Assembly (NCBI GenBank): GCA_963719315.1
Contig: CAVRBU010000005.1
Coordinates: 32,001 to 96,000 of the forward strand
Source of the DNA: an uncultured Planctomycetota bacterium
GTDB taxonomy: Bacteria > Planctomycetota > Planctomycetia > Pirellulales > Lacipirellulaceae
DNA length: 64,000 nt
Reading direction: 5' to 3'
A model generated the notes under the pieces. That model saw only the letters and a program-made list of their open reading frames with translations, had not been told where the DNA came from and did no database searches. The translations under genes and the position numbers were made by a program. Of the stretch, positions 20,200 through 30,772 are shown piece by piece; position 1 is the first letter of the stretch; each line of letters begins with the position of its first letter.

Positions 20200-21642
20200 A
20201 TGGCCCTGATGTCGTACGAACTTCGCCCGCTTCAAGTCGTTGTGATTTCGCAACAGGTGTCGTTGCTTCACGATGTTTCGTGGATCCTCGAAGCCGTTGG
20301 ATACAAAGTCCAAACCACCAACGATTTCGGCCAGGACGCTCCTTGGCGGCGATATTCAACCGCTGACTTCATAATCGTCGATGGTCGCGGCATTGCGGAG
20401 CCGACCGCTTCCATTTTTGCACTTGATTCAGATAAACCGCTCTTCCGGATTTTTCTCTACGACCCGACGAAGCCTATCGATTCGTCCGCCTGGTACGCGG
20501 CCGGTGCTCACGATGCGCTCCGCACACCGATTAGCCGCGGCGAGTTTTTGGCGCGCGTTCGCACCGGCGCGAGGTATCTCGAATTCGAGCGACGACTGCA
20601 AAATCGCTCGTCGAGATGCGCGCTGCCCGGCATGTATTCGTGTCGAGGCTTCCTTCGCAAGCTGCGAAAGCTGGCCACGGGTGACGAACTTGGTTCGTCG
20701 CAGCACGTGCTTTTGATGACGTCGATCGATTGGTATGCAGGTATCCGCGGAAAGTGTGGCGAAACGGCCAGCCACGGCCTGGTCAACGCGGCCGCCCGCG
20801 CGATCAAGCGGATTGCGGGTGAGAATGCCGTCTCGGCCTATCTCGGCGAAGGACGATTCGCCACGTTTCTGGTGGGCCAGTCGCCCGCGTCGGCGAAGAA
20901 TGTTGCCGAATCTCTCGCGAGGGATTATGGTAGCCGCGAAAGCCGCCACGAATCGATCCCGCGACCGGCACTCACCAGCGCCGTCGTGTCGTGGTCGACG
21001 AGTAGCAACGCCAATCGCTTTCTGAACGATGCCTTGGAAACGCTCGAACTGGCCGAGCATTCGGGTGGCGGCTACGTCCTATTGGAGGGCGAATTCGGCC
21101 AGGAGTTCGCCGCTTGGAAAGAGGATTTGTCTTCCGGCAACCCGTTTGTAAATGTTGTTGCTCAGGACATCATGGAACCATTTCCCGCGGTATTGCAACT
21201 CGACGCCGAACGGGGCGAACTCGCCGACGTGCTCCGCAGCTCGGGAATTCCCCTGCGACCGTACGTCGATCGCGACGGACGATTGATCGGAATTGCCTTG
21301 GACGAACGGACGAACGGTGAACCGCTGATTGATCTCGCCAGTGGCCTGACCGGCGAATCGCTCGTCATGCCGGAAACGATTTCGTATGACGCCAGCTTTC
21401 CCGAAATCTTTGAAGCGTTCTCTTCACGGGGTTGCGCGACACTGATCGTCACCGCGAATGATCGTCCTCTCGGCTATCTTACCTGCGACGGCTTCTTATC
21501 TATGATCGATCCCATCGACGCGGATTCGTTCGTACATACTGAAGCGTCGGTCGACGACTTGAATTATCTCATCGTGCCACCGTCGATCGGCGAGGCCGCG
21601 TCAGCAGAAACACCGGTAGCTAGCGTATCGGCGACGAATTAG
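20200..21642 (+). CDS. Receiver-like + degenerate GGDEF + CBS-like signalling protein
   Basis: FIIVDG/AGAHDAL...P receiver fold; LPGMYSCRGF and YLGEGRF at the GGDEF position; AQDIM and PLGYLT CBS-like segments. Confidence 0.75.
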   Translation: MALMSYELRPLQVVVISQQVSLLHDVSWILEAVGYKVQTTNDFGQDAPWRRYSTADFIIVDGRGIAEPTASIFALDSDKPLFRIFLYDPTKPIDSSAWYAAGAHDALRTPISRGEFLARVRTGARYLEFERRLQNRSSRCALPGMYSCRGFLRKLRKLATGDELGSSQHVLLMTSIDWYAGIRGKCGETASHGLVNAAARAIKRIAGENAVSAYLGEGRFATFLVGQSPASAKNVAESLARDYGSRESRHESIPRPALTSAVVSWSTSSNANRFLNDALETLELAEHSGGGYVLLEGEFGQEFAAWKEDLSSGNPFVNVVAQDIMEPFPAVLQLDAERGELADVLRSSGIPLRPYVDRDGRLIGIALDERTNGEPLIDLASGLTGESLVMPETISYDASFPEIFEAFSSRGCATLIVTANDRPLGYLTCDGFLSMIDPIDADSFVHTEASVDDLNYLIVPPSIGEAASAETPVASVSATN

Positions 21643-21725
21643 ACATAGTAGCGAATCCGGCCGAGTTAATCGTGCCAAAAATACTCGACGAGCGCGTTGC
21701 CCCGCTCCCCGATTCCAGACGCCGC

Positions 21726-23051
21726 TCAGTCGCCTTTGAGCGCCGTGAAGTAATTCCCAACCGCGTGGTCAAGATACTCCTGCGTGATTTCAAGCGGCAA
21801 TTCGTTGTAGTTGCAGTAATAGATGACTTGTTCCAAAAGATCGCGTGCGTGGCAACGGCGCAGCGGGCGGGAGCACGAGTGATAATGCGTGCGAATCAAA
21901 TAATCGACCAATTCGGGTGAGCATTCGACCCGGTATTTCTTCGCGAATATCTGGAACAGCAGATGGAATTCCTGCGGCGATGGATTGCCGATTTCGACCT
22001 TGAACGGTATCCGCCGCAGAAACGCATCGTCGGCCAGATCGTGGGGTTCGAGATTCGTCGAAAAAATGATGAGCTGCTCGAAGGGCACTTCGATCTTTCG
22101 ACCGTTCGAGAGGACTAGGTAGTCGATACGATTTTCCAACGGAATAATCCAGCGGTTAAGCAACTCGGTTGGATTGATCCGTTGACGGCCAAAGTCGTCG
22201 ATCAACAGACAGCCGCAGTTACTCTTGAGTTGCAGCGACGCCTCGCTAACGTTCGAAACCAAGTCGTGCTTCAGCTCAAGGCTGTCCATCGTCAATTCTC
22301 CACCCACGACCACCGTCGGGCGCTCAATACGAATCCACCGGCGATCGAACTCCGCGGTGCGAAACAGGCTTTCGGCGGCCGAGCGCACCGCCTTATGGCA
22401 CGAAGCATCATAAAACTTGATGATCTTGCCGCCTTCCACGATTGCGTGCGGGACAAGAATGTTCTGGCCAAAACAACGGGTAATTCGCTGGGCAATCGTT
22501 GTTTTCCCGTTTCCCGGCGGTCCGTAGATGAACATTCCTTTCCCGGCATTGATCGCGGGGCCAAGCTGATTGAGCATCTTTGTTTCGACGTGAATATCCG
22601 AAAATGCCTTTTCTAAATGTGCCTTGCGCGGTCGTTCGGACGCGATCGTCTGGGCGTGCACCGAGCTGATGTAGTCCTCCAACGGCACCGGCGCTGGGCC
22701 GACGTACGCACACTCGCGCATTGCCCGCAACGCTCGGTCGCGACCCACATCTGTCAGCCGATAGACGTGGTCGCCGAGCATCGCGGAACCGGAGGGAGCA
22801 ATCTCCTGTCGCTGCCGAAGCGCAATGAAGCGATCTTCAAGAATTGCCATCGACAAGCAGAGATTATCCGAAATCGTGCGGCCACTTTCGGAGCCGATGC
22901 CCGACAAGAACTTAAGTATCAGGTCTTCGACCAGCGCTTCGCTGACTCCAGTGTCCTTGAGCGTCGACGGTTCCTGAGGCTGAAAACTATCGTCAAGGCC
23001 GAGCGCTGAAACTAACGATTCAGTACGATCAAGCGTTGCGGTCGCATTCAT
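21726..23051 (-). CDS. AAA-type P-loop ATPase
   Basis: YGPPGNGKTT, LLIDDFGRQ, FSTNL, AFLRRIPFK. Confidence 0.88.
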   Translation of the reverse strand: MNATATLDRTESLVSALGLDDSFQPQEPSTLKDTGVSEALVEDLILKFLSGIGSESGRTISDNLCLSMAILEDRFIALRQRQEIAPSGSAMLGDHVYRLTDVGRDRALRAMRECAYVGPAPVPLEDYISSVHAQTIASERPRKAHLEKAFSDIHVETKMLNQLGPAINAGKGMFIYGPPGNGKTTIAQRITRCFGQNILVPHAIVEGGKIIKFYDASCHKAVRSAAESLFRTAEFDRRWIRIERPTVVVGGELTMDSLELKHDLVSNVSEASLQLKSNCGCLLIDDFGRQRINPTELLNRWIIPLENRIDYLVLSNGRKIEVPFEQLIIFSTNLEPHDLADDAFLRRIPFKVEIGNPSPQEFHLLFQIFAKKYRVECSPELVDYLIRTHYHSCSRPLRRCHARDLLEQVIYYCNYNELPLEITQEYLDHAVGNYFTALKGD

Positions 23052-23149
23052 GCGATACTCGTTCTTATCTGACTAGGGAAGAGTTCGCTCGTCAAAGTGA
23101 CCGAAGCGAAACTGATGGAGGAGTTGGGACCCGAAGACTAGCATGGTAG

Positions 23150-23443
23150 CTAGCGACCGAGATTTCGACTCAGTTGCCAACCGAAGTTCGTAAGTTCGTA
23201 CGCTTTTTTGTTGGCCGCCGCGCGAACGAGTTCCAACTCCTTGAGTCGTGACAATAGCGAAATATAGTGTTCGGCAACGGTCCGATCCTTGGGATCAAAA
23301 AACCGCTTCCGTCCCGCCACGACGGCCATCCCGTGCGTTTCGGCCCGCACGGCGACTTCCAGGACCCCTTGGTTACCTACTGCGGCGCGAATCAGTTCCT
23401 GTTCCCCCTCGGTCAAATTGTTTGCATCTGCAATCAAATGCAT
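23150..23443 (-). CDS. Small hypothetical protein (possible winged helix)
   Basis: ORF 23150..23479, likely start MHLIAD; ends LKELELVR...YELTNFGWQ. Confidence 0.6.
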   Translation of the reverse strand: MHLIADANNLTEGEQELIRAAVGNQGVLEVAVRAETHGMAVVAGRKRFFDPKDRTVAEHYISLLSRLKELELVRAAANKKAYELTNFGWQLSRNLGR

Positions 23444-24004
23444 ACGCCTCTCCGATCCGGCGGTCGCTACAATTGTCACCCGCCATCACAAGCATACGTC
23501 ACGCACTTGGCGATTGGACGGCGATCTTGCGGTCCGGTTATTAAGACTATTCGATTCGCGCCGGCAAATTGTAAGACAAAATCAAATTTATCCGGTCGCT
23601 ACAGTTATTGCGCTAATGGAAATCGCTCCTTTGCCGGCACACTTCGCCGCAACGCTTATCGCCATTGCAAGTTCGGTCCGGCGGATGAGCAAACTCGTGC
23701 CAGAACTCAAAGTGCCATACTGCCATCGAATCGGCGACCGCACATCATTCCGCAGCAGGCCGCATTATTTTTGAACGGAACTTCCTGGAACCACCGAGCG
23801 TGTACCTCCGGCGATCTCGGACAGCGGATTCACGGAAACAATTATCTGTCTTACGGCGTGTCACAACTTGATGACGCGGCTAAAATAGCCTTAGCGCAAA
23901 TCGTCGCGCCTTGGCCAACCCTTTTACCTCACATCCGCGAGGCCATCACTACCCTCGCCGCCTGATAGTACGCTGGAAACTCATGTTTCGACTCGGTTAA
24001 CACG

Positions 24005-24452
24005 GTGGCTCGTTGGCATGAAACGCTTACACTGCCGACCGTCGCCTTGCCCGATCGCGTGCACGTGCCACAACGGGCGCGTGGAACGGCCGAGGCACTT
24101 CAAAAACATGCTTGCCGTGCTATGCTGATAGCTTTGAACCCAGAAGTTCGAGGGGCTCAATGGCAGGGGCCTTGGCAAACAACTCGGGTGCCGGGACCGC
24201 GAAACCGGGGGTGTTGGTAATGGTCATAGGGACGAGCATTTGCCAAATGCTGAATGCAAGCGAGAAGCGTCCCCTGCCAGGCGTCGCGGGCGTCGCGGGC
24301 ATCGTCAAAAATGGAATCTTACCCGGCTATTACGGCTACGAAACCGGTCAAACGGCTGTTGGCGATGCGTTCGATTAGTTATGCCGCTTTACGATTCGGC
24401 CTATCGCGAGTACCGCGACATCGCCAACCACTTTCAACAATTGAGCAAAAAG
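24005..24452 (+). pseudogene. araB: Ribulokinase (FGGY family) remnant, heavily deleted
   Basis: Fragments PGVLVMVIGTSICQM, GIVKNGILPGYYGYETGQTAVGDAFD* and YDSAYREYRDIANHF in about 450 bp, directly upstream of a sugar isomerase. Confidence 0.7.
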
Positions 24453-24453
24453 C

Positions 24454-26109
24454 ATGACAACACACAAAACCCACACAGATGAGTCCTCGAAGCAGGTCTA
24501 TCTGGTCGCGAGCGGCGACATGCGACCCTCGGCCAATCGCATGTGTTGGCCGGCTCAACAAGAAATGGAACGATTGCTATGTCGCGCAATCGAGAACGAA
24601 GGTTTTCAGGTGATCCGCGCTCATGCAGAAAATAGAGAAACCGGGCACGGTTTCATTGCTGGCCAGCGCGAGGGGATCGAAGTCTTCCGTGGCATTCCGG
24701 CCAATGCGCCGTTGGTCGTTGCCGAGGCCGTGTGGCAGTATTCGCACCATGTCCTTCCGGGTCTATCGACGCATCGCGGCCCGATTCTCACCGTGGCGAA
24801 TTGGTCCGGCCAGTGGCCCGGGTTGGTGGGCATGCTGAACCTGAACGGGTCCCTCACGAAAGCGGGCGTCGCCTATTCGACGCTCTGGAGCGAGAAGTTC
24901 GATGACGAATACTTTACGAGTCGGTTGCGCCAGTGGCTTACGACCGGCCGATGTGGCCACGATCGATCGCACGTGCGGCCTCACGCCGATTCGGATCTCA
25001 CACCGGCGGCTTTGCAGCTTGGCCGGCAATTGGCTCAAACGCTCGTGCGCGACAAGGCCATCATGGGCGTCTTCGACGAAGGCTGCATGGGAATGTTCAA
25101 TGCCATCATCCCCGATCATCTGCTCCACGCGACCGGCGTATTCAAGGAGCGGCTCAGCCAATCGGCGCTGTACTACGAAACCACCCGCGTAAGCGACGAC
25201 GAGGCCCTGGAAGTCCGTCGGTGGTTAGAAAATCAAGGCATGCAGTTTCATACGGGGCCGAAGCACGCGGAAGATTTGACCGAAGAGCAAATCCTGTTGC
25301 AATGCAAGCTGTACATCTCCGCCGTGCGACTCGCCGATGATTTTGGCTGCGATCTCATTGGCATTCAGTACCAACAAGGGCTGAAGGACCTCTTGCCTGC
25401 GAGCGATCTTGTCGAGGGCATTCTAAACAATACCGATCGCCCGCCGGTCCGTAGCCGCGATGGGCTACGAGTTCTATTTGAGGGCCAGCCTGTGGTGCAC
25501 TTCAACGAGGTCGACGAATGCGCCGGCCTCGACGCCCTCATTACCTATCGCGTGCAGCGGGCCACCAACCAACCTGTCGAAACGACGCTCCACGATGTGC
25601 GGTGGGGAGATCTCGACCCCTCCGGCACGACGGATGACTACGTGTGGGTATTCGAGATCAGCGGCTCGGCGCCGCCGGCGCATTTTGTCGGCGGCTGGGC
25701 GGGGGCGGAAGGCTTCCGCCAGCCGGCGATGTATTTTCCGAACGGGGGCAGCACGCTACGCGGCATATCCAAGCCGGGCGAAATCGTTTGGTCGCGCGTG
25801 TATGTCGAGGACGGAGAACTTGCAATCGATTTGGGACGCGGCGCCGCCATCGAACTCCCCATCGAGGAGACCCAGCGGCGGTGGGAGTCCACCACGCACC
25901 AGTGGCCGATCATGCACGGCGTGCTGTATGGCGTGTCGCGCGATCAATTCATGGCTCAACACAAGTCGAACCACGTTCAAGTCGTCTACTGTGACGACGC
26001 GACGGCCGCGGATCATTCCTTGGAAGTCAAGGCCGCGATGGCTCGCGCACTTGGAATGAATGTCAATTTCTGCGGAACGCGGATTGACGGCGATCAATCG
26101 AAACGGTGA
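24454..26109 (+). CDS. L-fucose/L-arabinose isomerase family protein
   Basis: 551-aa ORF with [32 protein letters not shown] and SNHVQV. Confidence 0.8.
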   Translation: MTTHKTHTDESSKQVYLVASGDMRPSANRMCWPAQQEMERLLCRAIENEGFQVIRAHAENRETGHGFIAGQREGIEVFRGIPANAPLVVAEAVWQYSHHVLPGLSTHRGPILTVANWSGQWPGLVGMLNLNGSLTKAGVAYSTLWSEKFDDEYFTSRLRQWLTTGRCGHDRSHVRPHADSDLTPAALQLGRQLAQTLVRDKAIMGVFDEGCMGMFNAIIPDHLLHATGVFKERLSQSALYYETTRVSDDEALEVRRWLENQGMQFHTGPKHAEDLTEEQILLQCKLYISAVRLADDFGCDLIGIQYQQGLKDLLPASDLVEGILNNTDRPPVRSRDGLRVLFEGQPVVHFNEVDECAGLDALITYRVQRATNQPVETTLHDVRWGDLDPSGTTDDYVWVFEISGSAPPAHFVGGWAGAEGFRQPAMYFPNGGSTLRGISKPGEIVWSRVYVEDGELAIDLGRGAAIELPIEETQRRWESTTHQWPIMHGVLYGVSRDQFMAQHKSNHVQVVYCDDATAADHSLEVKAAMARALGMNVNFCGTRIDGDQSKR

Positions 26110-26345
26110 ATTGGGCACACGCCTGGTTGGCATCGGATTCCGCGGTACGAATGGACCGCACAGGAGTTGACTACGGCGTTTTTGGGTCATCGATCAAACA
26201 ACCATTTGAAATCAAGCATGTTTGATTGGTTGCCATTGAAGTTTGACACTACCACCGTCACCGCTAGTAGCTGCTACTCTTGGTACGCCTGTTGAAACCC
26301 AGGGAAAACTTGGAACGAGCAGACATCGTTTCTACGGCAGTGCCG

Positions 26346-26479
26346 TTACTTTCGACTTCGGCGACGACTGGTATCATCAGGTCCATGTGGAGCGGATCGA
26401 GCAAGCCATTCCGACCGTTGCTTATCCGCGCGTCGTTAAGCGAGTGGGCAAATTTCCGCCGCAGTATTCTGGCGGCTAG
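26346..26479 (+). pseudogene. C-terminal fragment of a plasmid pRiA4b ORF-3 family gene
   Basis: FDFGDDWYHQVHVE...YPRVVKRVGKFPPQY; no N-terminal part. Confidence 0.65.
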
Positions 26480-26791
26480 TGGTTGCGAAGCGGTGGAAAA
26501 TGGCGTCGAGCGAAAACATGATACGCCAATCTCCTTGGAGGAAAGGCTTTTTCGATGGTTTGAGGATAGTACACAATTGACCGCCCCCGCCAGTCTCATT
26601 GCCGACCCTTTCCAGACTTTGCCCAATGGCCGAATACCTGGTCCGTATCTTGGTCACCGCTGTCTATCGAAGCCCCGCCCAGTCACACCGGGAATCGAAC
26701 ATCGGAAGTGGCGGGACATTAAAAGGTTGCGCCGATTTTCGAAAAATCCTCTCCGGTATCCTCGCCGCGTTCGAACTCTCGCCGTTTCTCT

Positions 26792-26859
26792 GCAACTCTT
26801 TGCCCCACAACGAGAAAGCCCTTCGACGTTCTCGCCGATGGGCTCGCTCCGAAAAAATA
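26792..26859 (+). pseudogene. Possible C-terminal tail of a large serine recombinase running into an att site
   Basis: ATLCPTTRKPFDVLADGLAPKK reads straight into the tmRNA-end copy; the RKPFDxLAEGL tail is recalled from island recombinases. Confidence 0.5.
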
Positions 26860-26880
26860 TGGAGGCAGCTGGAATCGAAC
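26860..26880 (-). mobile_element. tmRNA 3'-end fragment (att scar) copy 2
   Basis: TGGAGGCAGCTGGAATCGAAC, same orientation as copies 1 and 3. Confidence 0.65.
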
Positions 26881-27543
26881 TGTCGCAACGATCGACGAGA
26901 AATTTAGGCATCGCTCCTCTATTATGCGGCGCAAAAATTCGGCGCACTCTACGTACAGAATCACTCGGGCGACGCCGTTCTGGCTGAGGTCGCCGAAGTG
27001 TGGCCGAGCCTGTCAGAAGCGCAATGGGCGGGCAATCTGGCGATGGTGCGGGCAGCACACGTGGCAATAGATAACTCCGCGGTTTGTGGACTTGGTGTTT
27101 GATCTCAGCGAATGGCCGATCGAGCACGACGACAAATAGGGACGTGGCATATACAGTGGCGGGCGGCGTCAGCGAGTTTGCTGCGTTCGGGATGTGATCG
27201 AACCTTGCCGAGGGTCCACGGCTCCAATATTCTAACCACGCCCCCCGGCCCTTCGCCGCCGTGGCTAACTGAGTTCTCTCGGCCGGCGCGATGTGGAAAA
27301 CAAATGTCTAACGTCTTATCGATCGTGACGCAGCCATGGTCGACAAAACGCTAGACATTTCACGCCAATTATTGGATGGGTTCGAGCGAATGAATCCAAG
27401 GGAAGCCTCCAAATGGTCGACCCGCCTGGGGAGGGAACCTGTATTTCCGAAACGCTCATGGCGCGAGCGACGCCTTGACGCGTATCGGATCGGGCGCAAT
27501 TTTACTCCCGGTTCCACTTTTCGCGTCCACCGACCGTAACCCA

Positions 27544-28598
27544 ATGCTCAAAGTGAATCAGCACGCGGAGATGTCAAGGTTTCATCGCGCCTTGCCCGGG
27601 GTGACATTGATGGTTCTCGCTCCGCTGATTGCGGAAGTGCTGCCAGGGGCTACGCGGGTCAGTTCGATGTTCGTCTTTCCGATAGAGATTCTCATTTGGG
27701 GCGGCGGGGCGGTTCTTATTCGCGATCTGGTGAGACGTTTAGGGCTCGGCTGGCGCAACATGTTGCTCCTTGCGGCAGCGCTGGCCGTGGCCGAGGAGTG
27801 TTTGATTCAACAAACGTCGCTGGCGCCTTTGGTGATTAAGATCAAGGGCGTGGAGTACGCCCGGGCGTTTGGCGTCAACTACGTCTATTTCCTGTGGGCG
27901 ATCATTTATGAGAGCTTGTTTGTCGTATTCATCCCCGTGGGCATGGCAGAACTGATTTTTCGCCGCCGGCGGGAGCAAAGCTGGCTCTCGGCTGTGGGTG
28001 CGACCGTCATCGCGCTCTTGTTCCTACCGGCTTGTTTCCTGGCGTGGTTTAGCTGGACTCAGATCGCGCGGACGAAGGTGTTTCATTTGGAGGCATACAA
28101 CCCGCCCGTGAGTCAATTGGTGAGTGCCGCTATCGTCATCGGTGTTCTTATAGCGCTTGCGGTGGGGCCAGCGCAGATCGGCTAGCGCGGCCGCAAGCGG
28201 GACTGCGCCCTCCGCGTCCATCAGTCCTGTTCCTGCTGAGTGGCAGCATCGTCTCAATGGTCTTCGGTATGGTGCTGCTTGCCTTCGGGATTTGCCCACC
28301 GTTTCCGCCGCTCTTGGCGGTAGGAATCGGCGTGACGCTCGTTGTGTTGATCGTTGCAATTGTACCTCGATTTTACGCCCATCAAGCATGGGGCGTCTGG
28401 CACGAAGTTGGTCTTCTATACGGCGCGATTCTCACTAATATGATGGTCTTTTTTGTGGGGTTTCTTGATGCGACACCACTCGATTTCTACGGCAAGTTGA
28501 TCATGGACAGCATTGCCGTGGTGCTGATGATTTGGCTCGCAATGAGCTTGAGATCGCAAGTCATCGAGGCCGCCAATCTCGAGAACTCACACCCTTGA
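27544..28598 (+). CDS. Polytopic membrane protein (frameshift near 28173)
   Basis: Hydrophobic ORFs 27475..28185 and 28257..28598 join via RLARPQAGLRPPRPSVLFLLSG. Confidence 0.7.
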
Positions 28599-28876
28599 GG
28601 GCGGAATCGTGGCATCCCTCGTCCCGGTGTGGACGGCGTGATGCGAATCAGATTTACAGCAATCAAAAGTCCAAAAACTGCAATTTGCGGTTCGGCGCAT
28701 TCCTTGGAGCGGTCGCGCAAGCGGAATTCTCGAAAGCTGGGAAATCGCGATTCGGCATGGTATTCTATGCGGGCATTGCCTTGGTTCGCCACCTATGGGC
28801 CGAGGCACTGCTAACTTGCCTTGTCGACGATTCTTATTTCCCGTCGCGATTGGCGACCAACAAAGGAGACTTAACG

Positions 28877-29395
28877 ATGGCTACCGACGATTTCATGAAG
28901 CAACAGTACATGACACTTCGAGATGAAATCCGCGAATCGAAATCTCGCATTTTCTGGCTATTGATAATCGGGATGTTCATGGTCATGGCGGCGGGCTACT
29001 TGGCGGCCGAGCACCCCTCCGCCTTCGCCAATGCGGCGATTCCGTTTTTGTTGCTGGGGCTGATGCTGGCCTTCGTCTCGGAGCAAAATAATATTGCCCG
29101 CGCCGGCCGATATTTGCGAGAAGCGATCGAGCCGCGAATCGAAAATTTGGTCGGGTGGGAGCATTGGCTGGAAACCAAGCCGCGGCTCCGTGAAGTGGAT
29201 CACTCATTCGTGCTCGGCTTTAGTGTGCTGTTCTTGATCTTTTTTGCAATAACGACTTCACTTACCCTTGTCCAGCTCGACAAGAATGCGCATGAAGCCT
29301 ATGTCTGGGCAGCCGCGGTCGCGTACGCACTCGGCGCATTTTGTATTGCGGTCGTCCTCTGGCGCCATTGGCGATCCAGCACGGCGGCAAGCTAA
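28877..29395 (+). CDS. Hypothetical four-TM membrane protein
   Basis: RBS AAGGAG; MATDDFMKQQYMTLRDEI; four hydrophobic segments. Confidence 0.75.
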   Translation: MATDDFMKQQYMTLRDEIRESKSRIFWLLIIGMFMVMAAGYLAAEHPSAFANAAIPFLLLGLMLAFVSEQNNIARAGRYLREAIEPRIENLVGWEHWLETKPRLREVDHSFVLGFSVLFLIFFAITTSLTLVQLDKNAHEAYVWAAAVAYALGAFCIAVVLWRHWRSSTAAS

Positions 29396-29538
29396 GCGCA
29401 ACCGGGGATTTAGACACAGACCAAGTCGTTCATACGCTCGCCGAACTTTTCCGAGAGTATCGGAACGCACTACGTGTTTTCGCCACGGCGTCAAGTCATG
29501 CGCTTTGTGTAATGACGTGCTATTTGCCGAACACGATG

Positions 29539-29568
29539 TTGACAGTCGCAGCACGAGGAAAGTATTGT
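29539..29568 (+). promoter_or_regulatory. Sigma-70 promoter of the LacI gene
   Basis: TTGACA-N18-TATTGT, followed by a weak operator-like CTAGAGCGTTCGCA (29573-29586). Confidence 0.5.
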
Positions 29569-29632
29569 GCAACTAGAGCGTTCGCATCGCAGTTGTTTTC
29601 GCGCGTGGCAGCTCTTCCTGGGATGAGATGTT

Positions 29633-30655
29633 ATGCCTGCGTCCATTGAAGACGTCGCCAAGCTTGCGAATGTCTCGATTAGCACCGTTTCGCGAGTGAT
29701 AAACCGTCGCCCGCTAGTTAACGCGGCGACCTGCCAGCGCGTCGAGGCGGCGATTCGCGAGCTTCGTTATCAGCCGAATGTCTTCGCTCGGGGGCTAATG
29801 TTGCGCAAGAGCGGCATCATCGGGCTGGTCCTTCCAGATTTGCATGGTGAATTCTATTCAGAAATCATCCGTGGCGCAAATTCACAGGCGCGGGAAATGG
29901 GCCACAACTTGCTCTTGTCGTCGGCGCTGCCGGAAGACGATGCCGAGAGTTGGCTTTCAGCGATCGGCCAACGCTCGTTGGTGGATGGCCTAGCCGTGAT
30001 GGTTTCAGACACAATGGCAACTGGTATTGGCCCAACTCTTGCCGCGCTCCACATTCCGATTGTCGTGCTCGACGACGAAATCGAGGGCGTGGAACATGAC
30101 GCAGTAATCATCGACCAGAGACAAGGAGCGCGGGCGATGATGCACCACTTGGTGGAAAATTGCGGTGCTAGGCGTATTGTTTTTATTGGCGGACTCGAAA
30201 CGAATATCGACACGCAGGCCCGCTACAATGCCTATCGAAACAAGCTGAAGCAGGCTGGCCTTAAGTTCCACAAGGACGACGTCTTTTATCTCGATTTTAC
30301 CTACGAGTCGGCTTACCGGCTGGCGATGAAAAAAGCCGGCGACTGGGCCGGCCCGCGGCATTATGTTTTTGCGGGCAACGACGAAATGGCGGCCGGCATC
30401 ATCGCCGGGGCCATTGCCAGAAATATCTCTGTGCCGCGCAACTTAGGCGTCGTCGGATTTGACGACACGCGCATTGCCCAAATGACGAATCCGCTGTTGA
30501 CGACGGTGCACGTTCCCATGTCCCGGATGGGCGCAACAGCCATTGAATTGTTGTGCATGCGAATCGCAGAACCGGAGCGACCACCGGCCAAAATTGCGCT
30601 GGAAGCCGAACTGATGGTGCGCGAGTCGTGTGGCACGAGGCCGAAGAAGTATTGA
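29633..30655 (+). CDS. LacI family transcriptional regulator
   Basis: SIEDVAKLANVSISTVSRVIN, YQPNVFARGL, NDEMAAG, VGFDD, LTTVHVP. Confidence 0.96.
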   Translation: MPASIEDVAKLANVSISTVSRVINRRPLVNAATCQRVEAAIRELRYQPNVFARGLMLRKSGIIGLVLPDLHGEFYSEIIRGANSQAREMGHNLLLSSALPEDDAESWLSAIGQRSLVDGLAVMVSDTMATGIGPTLAALHIPIVVLDDEIEGVEHDAVIIDQRQGARAMMHHLVENCGARRIVFIGGLETNIDTQARYNAYRNKLKQAGLKFHKDDVFYLDFTYESAYRLAMKKAGDWAGPRHYVFAGNDEMAAGIIAGAIARNISVPRNLGVVGFDDTRIAQMTNPLLTTVHVPMSRMGATAIELLCMRIAEPERPPAKIALEAELMVRESCGTRPKKY

Positions 30656-30772
30656 CTTCCAACTGCAGAAGCAAATAGAACGTGCAACAAAGTCGATATT
30701 GAAATTGCTTATTGCAAATTTCTCTTTTCGATGGCATCGACTTATCGCGAATGCGTAACGAGCCCTGACGGC

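Noticed and set aside
26683..26700. A further att copy (CCGGGAATCGAAC)
   Set aside because: Only the T-loop part matches; no acceptor-stem sequence.
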